A stretch of 64,000 nt of DNA, from the NCBI RefSeq assembly GCF_006345805.1, contig NC_043003.1, positions 10,974,001-11,038,000 on the forward strand, in the 5' to 3' direction. The notes beneath the pieces were generated by a model. It was given only the letters and a program-made list of their open reading frames with translations. It did no database searches and was not told where the DNA came from. Positions 53,681 through 64,000 of this stretch are shown here, piece after piece. The position numbers and the translations under genes are program-made. Numbering within the stretch: the first letter of the stretch is position 1; the number at the start of each line of letters is the position of its first letter. The stretch comes from Octopus sinensis (taxonomy: Eukaryota).

Positions 53681-53723
<43 letters not shown>

Positions 53724-53788
53724 TAATAATAATAATAATAATGATAATAATAATAATAATAATAATAGTCAAAGTAATAATAATGATG

Positions 53789-53834
<46 letters not shown>

Positions 53835-53857
53835 TAATAATAATAGTAATAATAATA

Positions 53858-53898
<41 letters not shown>

Positions 53899-53932
53899 AA
53901 AGATGACAACAAGGCTGCTACTGCTGCTACAT

Positions 53933-53987
<55 letters not shown>

Positions 53988-54061
53988 CACAACTGTCAGT
54001 ACCACAAACACCATCACCACCAGCATTATCACCACCTCCACTGCCACTGCTGCTGCTGCTG

Positions 54062-54097
<36 letters not shown>

Positions 54098-55028
54098 TAC
54101 TACTCCCCATCCTTCTCCTCCGCCTACTACTACTAATGGTTTCAAATTTTGGCATAAGACCAGCAATTTCAAAGGAGCAGGTAAATCGATTACATCCAAC
54201 CCCAGTATGTAACTGGTACTTACTTTTATTGACCCACTCACCAAAGAATGAAAGGTAAAGTTGAGCTCGGCAGGATTTGAACTCAGAACATAAAGATGGA
54301 TGGAATTGCTGCTAAGCATTTTGCCTGGCATGCTAACAATTTTGCCAATTTGATCTTGCCCCCCCCTCCCCGATAATAATAAAAATATTAATAACAATCA
54401 TTGTCATCATCATCAGGCATGGTTGCGTGGTAGGAAGCTTGCTGAACCCAGTCCCATTGCACGACACCTTAGGCAAGTTTCTTCTACTTTAGCCTCAGAC
54501 CGACCAATGCCTTGTGAGTGGATTTGGTAGAAAGAAACTGAAAGAAGCCCATCGTATCATCATCATCATCATCATTTAACATCGGTTGTCCATTCTAGCA
54601 GAGGTTGGATGGTTTGTCTGGGCCTGGTAAGCCTGAAGGCTGCACCAGACTCCAGTCTGATTTAGCATGGTTTTCTATGGCTGGATGCCCTTCCTAGCGT
54701 CAACCACTCTGAGAGTGCTTTTATGTGCCACCAGCATGGGTGCCATTTATGTGACGCCAATATTTTCCACAATTGCAATTTTGCTCGGCTTGATGGATCT
54801 TCTTCTCGAGCATGACAATGTCAAAGGTCTCGGTCATTGTCTCCGTGAGGCCCAACGTTTCAAAGGTGCCCTTTATATGCCACTGGAATGGATGCCAGTT
54901 ACGTGACACAGCATCAACTGAGACTACGATTTCACTTGGATTGACAGGTCTTCTCAAGCCAAAGGTCTTGGTCACTAGTCATTGCCTCTGTGAAGCTCAA
55001 AGTATATATGTATATATATATATATATA

Positions 55029-55426
55029 TCTTTATATATAAAAGTGAAGTTGTGTGTCTGTCTCCTACGATTTAGATTCCTAACTACTCCCACATTTTGC
55101 GGTGCAGTTTAACCAAAACCGGGTATCTTATAGTCGTGATTCATATCGAGCCCGTCTGGGTATTAGCGCGCATCTACGATGAGTCTACGATTTAAAAAAA
55201 AATTTACCATCAATTTTTCCCATTTTTAATGCATTTTTGGCACATATAAGGGAAGTAACTCTCTAAAAATTTATTATTAAATCTCAGAACGTAAAAAGCT
55301 ACAGTAACACCCCCCCCCCCCTTTGTGGTTAGCCATATTGAGATGGCTATTATACTTTACATCTCTAAAAATGCTTATATAGTTATTTCCCTTACAAACC
55401 CGAGCAACGCCGGGCGATACTGCTAG
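55029..55426 (+). mobile_element. Non-autonomous Helitron
   Basis: A|TCTTTATATATAAAAG ... cccg-agcaacgc-cggg hairpin ... CTAG|T. Confidence 0.85.
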
Positions 55427-55446
55427 TATATATATATGTATGTATG

Positions 55447-55610
55447 AATGAAGTATAAGTAAAGGAAAAAATTGTAGGTGTAGATGATCTTTAATTCATA
55501 ATCCAGGTTGGTACAGATCCAATATAAATTTATATTGGATATGTACCAACCTGGATTATGAATTAAAGATCGTCTACACCTACAATTTTTTCCTTTCCTT
55601 ATACTTCATT
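55447..55610. repeat. 164-bp spacer-less palindrome
   Basis: 82-bp arms centred on aatataaa|tttatatt (55528/55529), with 3 mismatches counted by eye. Confidence 0.9.
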
Positions 55611-56099
55611 TATTGTTTTTGCAAATACTGAATATATATTTTTTTATATATATTCTTTACTTAGACTGTACTGGTGGACTTGGATGTTAGACATCCCTAT
55701 GAAGGATTTCGGTCCTCACCTGTTTTATATATATATAGGAGCAAAACGCCCCCCCCCCCGTCCAATGGACGGTGCTGAGTTGTCAAACATTTAAACCAAA
55801 TTTTCTTAAAACAACTTGCCCGACCGTCCCATAGGCCTCCCCTTTGAGAAACACTGATTTAACCTAAATTTGAGACACCAGCAAAAGAAGACATAAAGAT
55901 AGACTTTCTTTTTTCTATTCCAAAGAAAAACGATTTTATTCACACAAATATGCAACCAAAGAGTTTAAAGTACCAGTAATGATAAGGCTGTTGACTGGGA
56001 GAACACAAACATGGTTTAGACAGTAAGCTTGGCAAGAAAGGAACGTGCCTTTAAGCAGTACAAAAACAACAAAAAATGGAAGGTGCAGTTATGTACAGG

Positions 56100-56291
56100 T
56101 TGACGGAAGAAAAGTAGGAGAAAAACGGCTTTATCGATCGCATTCTCACCTGGAATCGATTTTTGTAAATTATTTCAAGACTTATACATGCCCTGATACC
56201 GTTGGTATCTACATATCAAATTTGAGCCCAATCGGATGGAGGATGCCCGAGATCCGAGAAGACACACAGACAGAACGGATTTTATATCAGA
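56100..56291 (-). mobile_element. Possible Helitron-like 5' fragment
   Basis: Minus strand begins A|TCTGATATAAAATCCGTTCTGTCTGTGTG, resembling the other Helitron 5' ends. A similar plus-strand 5' end lies at 61301. No 3' CTAG was identified. Confidence 0.4.
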
Positions 56292-56502
56292 TATACATAT
56301 GTATATATACATGTATATATTTGTGTGTCTGTGTTTGTCCGTGACTTGACAACCGATGTTGGTGTATTTACATCTCTCCTGTAACTTAGCAGTTTGGCAG
56401 AAGAGAGCGATAGAATAAGTACTACCACCGCCGCCACTACCACCACCACCACCACTACTACTACTGCTGCTGCTGCTGTCACCGCTACTGCTGCTGCTGC
56501 TG

Positions 56503-56533
<31 letters not shown>

Positions 56534-56796
56534 ATAATAATAATTATAATAATTATAATAATAATGATAATGCTTTCTGCTATAGGTCTGAAATTTGAGG
56601 GAGGGGAACAGTCGATTACATTGACCCAGTGCATAACTGGTACTTAATTTATCGACCCCCGAAAGGGTGAAGGGCAAAGTTGACCTTGGTGGAATTTGAA
56701 CTCAGGATGTAAAGACAGATGAAATGCCGTTAAGCATTTAGCCCGACATGATAACTATTCTGCCAACTCACCACCTCAATAATAATAATAATAATG

Positions 56797-56827
<31 letters not shown>

Positions 56828-56946
56828 TAATAATAATAATATAATGATAATAATTATAATGATGATGATGATGATAATAAAGATGATGATGATGATGATG
56901 AAGATAATAATAATGATGATGATAATAATAATAATAATAATATTAT

Positions 56947-56982
<36 letters not shown>

Positions 56983-57346
56983 ATATACACACACACATAT
57001 ATAATGTATATATATCATCATCATCATCATCATCATCGTTTAACGTCTGTTTTCCATACTAGCATGGGTTGGACGCTTCAACTGGGGTCTGGGAAGCCAG
57101 GAGGCTGCACCAGGCTCCAGTCTGATCTGGCAGTGTTTCTACAGTTGGATGCCCTTCCTAACACCAACCACTCTGTGAGTGTAGTGGATGCTTTTTACGT
57201 GCCACCAGCACAGGGGCCAGAGGATGCTGGCAAGGGCCACAATTGGTTGGTGCTTTTTACATGCCACTGGCATGGCATGGATATAACAACTACAATTTCC
57301 ATTTGATTTTCATTGTGATGTTGATGTACTTGACTCAATAGGTCTC

Positions 57347-57410
<64 letters not shown>

Positions 57411-57416
<6 letters not shown>

Positions 57417-57577
57417 ATCCAAACATGAAAACACAAAGAGAAAACACCAAACGTGAGGACATGGAACAAGAATAGTGTTATTGGACACTCAGGAAAGAAA
57501 GGAAGAAAGAAAGGGATTTAACGTTTCGAGCGGAACTCTTCGTCAGAAACATAAGAAAAGGAAAGATCCAAGGAAGG

Positions 57578-57580
<3 letters not shown>
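57411..57580 (-). mobile_element. Penelope-like pLTR-type fragment inserted in (TA)n
   Basis: Flanked by (TA)n on both sides and carries a minimal hammerhead motif. Confidence 0.6.
57516..57550 (-). ncRNA. Minimal type I hammerhead ribozyme motif with intact core
   Basis: GUUU-CUGACGA-A-GAG-uuccg-CUC-GAAA-CG-U-U-AAAU. All core nucleotides are present and stem III is the palindrome ACGU. Confidence 0.6.
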
Positions 57581-57616
<36 letters not shown>

Positions 57617-58706
57617 ATAATAATATAGGGTGAAATGAATTAATTTGGAATAATCATTAATTTCACCAAACAGATTTCAGCATGTAAAAGCCCCATTCAA
57701 GGAAGGTTTAAGTAATTAAGGGTTTAGCAACGATTTGCCTCACCACACACCGAATTTAGAAATGGCAGTCAAAGAGTTATGGCTATTCTTTCTATATATA
57801 TATATATAATGGGCTTCTTTCATTTTCTGTCTTCCAAATCCACTGACAAGGCTTTGGTCATCCAGAATTTATAGTAGAAGACACTTGCCTAAGATGCCAT
57901 GCAATGGGATTGAACCCAGAACCATATGGTTGGGAAGCAAACTTCTTACCACACATCCACACCCCAACCCTACTCACCCCACAGCCAAATTCTCTCATTA
58001 CTGACCCAAATGTGATCTGAAAAGGCAATCTTCTCCTCTGCCAGCTTCATAGAAACTTCCACCATTCATTACGAATGGTTTCGAATTAAATTTCTTCAAC
58101 TCAGGCAACTTAACATTTAATGAAACTTCTTTCTTGGCTGCATCGGAAAGTTGGCATGGTTACTAACGAGCAGATGGTGTATTGCTTTCAATTACTCAAA
58201 GGTCAGACCATTTCACACAATGACACACATATTGACTGAGCAGACTAGTAGAGCTTTCAATTTCTGCCACAGCCCCACTTGTCTCAATATGTCACCCACT
58301 TAACAAGTCTTGATTCCATAGAGAAAGTCATGGACAGTTTTACTTACGTCAAACTCACTTTGACATAATAACACAGTTTAGCAACTCACCAGACAGAACT
58401 GCAAGTGTTTTTGAGTTGAATGAACACCGACAAGCGAAGTTTATTGTTCATACTCTCAGTTCAAACCACAATCATCATCATCATTATCATCATCATCATC
58501 ATCATCATCATTGTTTAACGTCCGTTTTCCATGCTAGCATGGGTTTGACGGTTTGACCGGGGTCTGGGAAGCCAGGAGGCTGCACCAGGCTCCAATCTGA
58601 TCTGGCAGTGTTTCTACAGCTGGATGCCCTTCCTAATGCCAACCGCTCCATAAGTGTAGTGGGTGCTTTTTACGTACCACCAGCACAGGTGCCAGAGCAG
58701 GCTGGC

Positions 58707-58752
<46 letters not shown>

Positions 58753-59150
58753 TAATAATAATAATAATAATAACAACAACAATAATAATAATAATAATAA
58801 CAATCCTTTCTACTATAGGCACAAGGCCTGAAATTTTGGGGAGGGGGGTCCGTTGATTACATCAATCCCAACAATAGACTGGTACTTGTTTTATTGACCC
58901 CAAAAAGGATGAAAGGCAAAGTCAACGTCAGTGGCATTTGAAATATTCTTTTATTTGTTTCAGTTATTTGACTGTGGCCATGATGGAGCACCACCTTTGG
59001 TCAAACAAATCGACCCCAGGACTTATTATTATTATACATTATTGAAGACACAGGCATACATGTAGGTACATTGATAGGACATACGATGGAACAGAACAGT
59101 AGTACATCGAAGTTTGTATCATATTTGATGGCATAAAAATTACACTGGCC

Positions 59151-59300
59151 CACTTGTGCAGCTGGGGGGGCAATAGGGGAAGTCTGTCCTGGATGGCACC
59201 ACTTTTGGGTCTGCTGTAGGCAATATGTGGTTTTTGTCAGGTCTGGGAGTGGTAAATGGAAGGGCCATCCCGGGTGGCATACACTCTAGCTATACTAGTG
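59151..59300. mobile_element. hAT-type MITE with perfect 8-bp TSD
   Basis: TSD cactggcc at 59143-59150 and 59301-59308; imperfect TIRs cacttgtgcagctgg and ctagctatactagtg. Confidence 0.75.
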
Positions 59301-59761
59301 CACTGGCCTATTAGATGTGCTCCAATTTCAGGAATGTATATACAGGAGAAAATTTTTTAATTCATTTAAGTTTATGGGTGGCTCAACTTTGCATTTAGGA
59401 CCCAGAGTGATTTTCTGAGAATTTTTTTGAAGAGAAAAGAAAGAAAAACTATGTGTAGGCATATAATATACATATATACTATATATAAGTATATATATAT
59501 ATATACATATATATACATATATATATATACATATATATACATAAAAAGCACTCACTACACTCGCGGAGTGGTTGGCGTTAGGAAGGGCATCCAGCTGTAG
59601 AAACACTGCCAGATCAGACTGGAGCCTGGAGCAGCCCCTGGCTCCCCAGACCCCGGTCAAACCGTCCAACCCGTGCAAGCGCGGAAAACGGACATTAAAC
59701 GATGATAACGATGATGATGATACATATATATATATATATATATATAATGTATGTATATATG

Positions 59762-60075
59762 TAGTGAAGGCACATGGCTCAATGGTTAGAATATCAGGCT
59801 CACAATCATGAGGTAACGAGTACGATTCCTGCGCCGGGCTGTGTGTTGTGTTCTTGAGCAAGATGCTTTATTTCACATTACTCCAGTTCACTCAACTGTA
59901 GAAATGAGTTGTGACGTCACTGGTGCCAAGCAGTATCGGCCTTTGCCTTTCCCTTGGATAACATCTGTGGCGTGGAGAGGGGAGGCTGGTATAAAACAAC
60001 CTTGCCTGGTCTTGTGCCTCAGAGAGTAATTTTCTAAGTGCAATCCCATGGTCATTCATGATAGAAGGGGTTCTT
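59762..60075 (+). mobile_element. tRNA-derived SINE family F
   Basis: A-box tggctcaatgg, B-box-like gagtacgattcc and core ttcttgagcaagatgcttt...ccagttcactcaactgta. Fragments at ~32667-32760 and 47636-47695. Confidence 0.7.
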
Positions 60076-60306
60076 TTTACAAATGTGCTGACAAGCCTGC
60101 TCACACTTCACAATCACACATAGACAGGTGTGGTTGTGTATGAAGTGTTCCTCACAAATGGACTCTGATGTGATTTTAACTTTGTGACACATTTCTGCCA
60201 TGTTGGTCAAATGACCCTGCTTTCTTTTGGACACAGATCAAGAATCGGAACGCTGACCTTCACAGCGAGAAAGCAGTGACACTCCTGCAACATGCAGCTC
60301 TTACAG

Positions 60307-60445
60307 CACTAGCATAGCTAGAGGGTTGGTGGGGGTGGCATTTTGGGTCTACTATATAAGCCTGTAGCGGTGTGGGGGGGGGGGCTTAGGGGGGATACCA
60401 ACTCAAGGGCTGTTCCAAGTAGCATTTACTCTAGCTACACCAGTA
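60307..60445. mobile_element. hAT-type MITE, same family as 59151-59300
   Basis: TIRs cactagcatagctagag and ctctagctacaccagta; TSD tcttacag/tgttacag (7 of 8 match). Confidence 0.7.
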
Positions 60446-63400
60446 TGTTACAGCTGACGTTCTTATGAGCTTTACAGTATCACAGTATTGTCACCACATG
60501 TTATTACAACATAACTAGGAATTCTGCACACACTGTCATCAACAGAACAAGCATTTGGAACACATCAACAGCACAAGGATAACGCCAGGTCAGTGCTTAA
60601 ATAGGTTAATACTGAACGTACATAGGATGCACTTTATTTCCTCAAAATATATCTCAAAAAATCACTTTGGTCCTATATGCATATTTGGGCCTCCCATGAA
60701 CTTGAATGCACTAAAAAAATTTAGCATGAAAAACAGACTTTAAATAATGATGATGATGATGATGATGATGATATGTGAGTCTGTGTGTATGTATGTATAT
60801 ATGTCTACATATATATCTATATAAATATACAAGTATACATGTGTGTGCGTTTTTATTTGTGTCAGTGTTTCTAGCTCTCTCAACACGGCTTGGCAACTGG
60901 TGTTGGGTAGTTAACATCCCTATAACTTAGCAGTTTGGCAAAAGAGACCTATAAAGTAAACTTACAGAAAAGCCCCCAAAAAACCCATAAGTACTGGAGT
61001 CTATTTGTTTAACTAATTCCCTATAAGGCAGTGCCCCAGCATGGCTTCAACCCAATGACTGAAGTAAGTCAAAAGTAAAAGAAGAATCTAGCGAATAGTA
61101 TTAACTCCCACATCTTTAGCATTTCGTTAGATGAAGAATTTATTATTTTATTATTATGGCCAGCTTCCAACCGAAGCTGCAGCAACAAAGACTACCTGCT
61201 ACACTTCTCGGTCCATTATCACTGCCTCGATGTCCTGGATACATTCCAGGTCAGTATCTGCAGTCAAATTATCAATATATGTGTGATGATGTTTTCCTCT
61301 TCTATAATAATAAAAGCGAAATTCTGTCTGTCCGGCTGGGACCCCTGTATCTCAGTCTATATTTGCTCTACATAGACATATTATACCTTTTTAGAATCAA
61401 GATGATCCCAAGATTGAAAGTCTGCCCTTCATTTGGTTCTTGAACATCCAGCATTGGGATCTGATTTAAAAGCATTTAGGTTGCTATTTCTAGCAGGTAA
61501 AGCTTACCTGATTCACGCCATCCTGGTTGGCATTTGTCAATGACAGCAGAGATCAGATCAAGGGGGAGATAAATGACATGCACTTCATTAATTTTACGTC
61601 AAGATAAGAACTTTGAGACAAATTAGCCAACAGTTAGAATTCAACTTGGGACTGGAGCCATAGAATGATTGTGTTACAAAATTAATTCTCATCTGTCCTT
61701 AATCTCTGATCAAACACCACTGGGGTATATAGTCATTACAGACGTATTATAGTCATGCTGTTTAGCTCTCTTCAGTTTTAGGCTGAAGGCCCAATTAGCC
61801 CTCCACAGGAGCTAGCTTAAAAGTCCACATGGAGTGCAGCTTTTAAGCGAGTTATACATTAAATGAAGTGGGTTCTACATGGTGATATAAAAAGTGAAAA
61901 AATAATTTCTTAATAGTGCAATATCATAACAATATTTTAGAGGAGAATGGATTCCACAAAGAAAGGCAATATATATCATCTAGAAACATGTTGCAAAACA
62001 ACAACAACAAAAAAAAGGTGTAAAAGCAACATCATTTTGTTTCATACTGCCTGTAACATGGTTGTGGCATCCAACATGCTATATCATGTACAGGGGTATT
62101 TCCAAGTTAGTCACAGAAAACACAAAATATTTAACAGGAACACTCAGAAAGTTAGCTACAACTGTACTAGTAACTTCAGCAAAAAATATCTCAGGTATGA
62201 ACATTAAAGCCTTAACAGCCTTCTGCAATTTAACCAATCCCAATGTGATTGTACAAATATCAACTCATTCCCACATAATCGCAAATATCTTGGCAATAAG
62301 CTGGTATATTGTGTTCAAGAGAAATAGGCAGACCAATATAAACATATACTAGGTTTAACAGGATGTACCATTAAGATAAGATAGAAACATCATATGTACA
62401 CTTTTAGATATTCAGAGAAAAGAAACACTACCTCTCTTTCACAGTAAATATGGTGACTAAACTACAAACTTTGAATTTTCCAAACTATATCCTGAAAGGA
62501 TCTGGATGATACTTTATATGTACTCATGAAAAGTCATTCCTGTTGGCTGAATTCAGGCAATGAGTAAATTTTTAAATATCACTAAACAAGCTTATCTAAG
62601 GTGCCATGCAGTGGAACTGAACCCAAAACCATTGTGAGAGCAAATCAAGCTTCTTAACCACACATTCATGGCTTCAACTGTGAAGTGAATGTGAATTGCC
62701 TGTTGGAGTTTCTTTTTCTTGTCTCTGGTGCATCAAACTTTATGCACTTTGAATCTTTTTTATACATGTAGATACATAAGTACACAAGTGTGTGTGAGGT
62801 GGTGGTGGTGGTGGTTTCGGTGTGTAAATACAAATTGATCAGGTGGTGTTTGGTCATCAGCTGACTGAGCAGACAACTTAGACATGGTCTGATGGTTAAG
62901 AGTGTGGGGAAGAGCAGGGAGTGGAGGAGGGGAATCAGAGGAGTCAAAATAAGAGCAAAGGAGAACATAAGGATAGGGAATTGAAAGAATGAAAGAAGGA
63001 TAGGGAGGAGGAGGAGGAGAAGAAGGGTAGAAGAAGTGGGAGGAGAAGAAGGAGGAGGGGAGAAGGGGAGAAGAAGAGGGATGAGAAGGAGGAGGAGGGG
63101 AGGAGGAGAAGAAGGTAGAAGAGGAGAGAAGAGAAGGAGGAAGATAAAGAGGTGGAGGGGAAGAGGAGAGTAAGGGAGAAGAAAGAAGACAACGTGAGAA
63201 GGGGGAGAGGAGGAAGAGGAGAAGGGGAGGAGAAGAAGAAGAAGAAGAAGAAGAGAAGAAGAAGAAGAAGAAGAAGAAGAAGAAGAAGAAGAAGAAAGAA
63301 GAGGGGAGGAAAAGAAGAAGAGCAACAACAACAGCAGTATGACAGCAACAACAAAAACAACAACAAAAACAACAAAACAAAAACAACAACAATAGCAGCA

Positions 63401-64000
63401 GTGGCAGCCAAAGGGAAATGCAGACCAAACAGGGCTGGAAGAAAGGAAAGAGGGAGGTTTATAAAAGGAAATTGGTGAAGAAGAAGAAGGAAAAAGAAAA
63501 AAGACCAAAGGAAGAGACAAAGAGGAAGAAAAGAGAAACTTATTGAAGACTGCAGCCATTGGCAAAAGAAATAAGCAAAGGGTTCCTTCATCCTTAGTTC
63601 CAGGGAGGAACCGAGGAACCAGCTGCTTTGTAAGTAAAAGTCAATTGTGTTTATTGGAGTGTGAAGAATTTTAATGTGGATGTGTGGTTTTATGGCTGGT
63701 TTTCTTGGCAGAAGTTGAATATAAAAGTTGAAAATAGTATCAGTGGTAGAGTTTGATTAATTGGTTATTGTGAAAAAAAGAAGGAAGGTGGAGGTGGTGG
63801 TGGTGGGGGGGTGGGAGGGAGGGAGGGGGGAGCGGCTGGAGCATATGGGCTTGTTGCTTACCACTGGGAGAATGGTGCATTGCAACACATATGTACACCC
63901 ATACATAATACACACATATATACATACACACATATATACATACATACATACACAAATATATACTATATATAGACATACACAAACACACACACACCTATAT

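Noticed and set aside
60215-60285. Possible short exon after ctttcttttggacacag (IKNRNADLHSEKA)
   Set aside because: Weak donor site, no recognisable homology and no partner exons.

Overview
A repeat-saturated eukaryotic window, intergenic or deep intronic. The repeat families and very high microsatellite load resemble an Octopus/coleoid cephalopod genome; this is inference from recall, not a database match. No host protein-coding exon can be supported, and almost all ORFs in the track are microsatellite translations. The real coding remnants are non-LTR retrotransposon fragments: R4/Dong-like RT plus restriction-like endonuclease elements, mostly flanked by (TAA)n (longest at 36169-37871), plus RTE and CR1 relics. 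The window also holds several tRNA-derived SINE families (labelled A, C, D, E, F here), an RTE-3'UTR-like repeat (B), non-autonomous Helitrons, a HINE-like element and two hAT-type MITEs with 8-bp TSDs. The most interesting signal is a recurring minimal hammerhead-ribozyme motif (CUGANGA-stem II-GAAA-palindromic stem III). It occurs in several unrelated repeats: inside tRNA-headed SINE family E, in (TA)n-embedded Penelope-like fragments, and as relics in the loops of three long inverted repeats. Coordinates were read by eye, so repeat edges are approximate.
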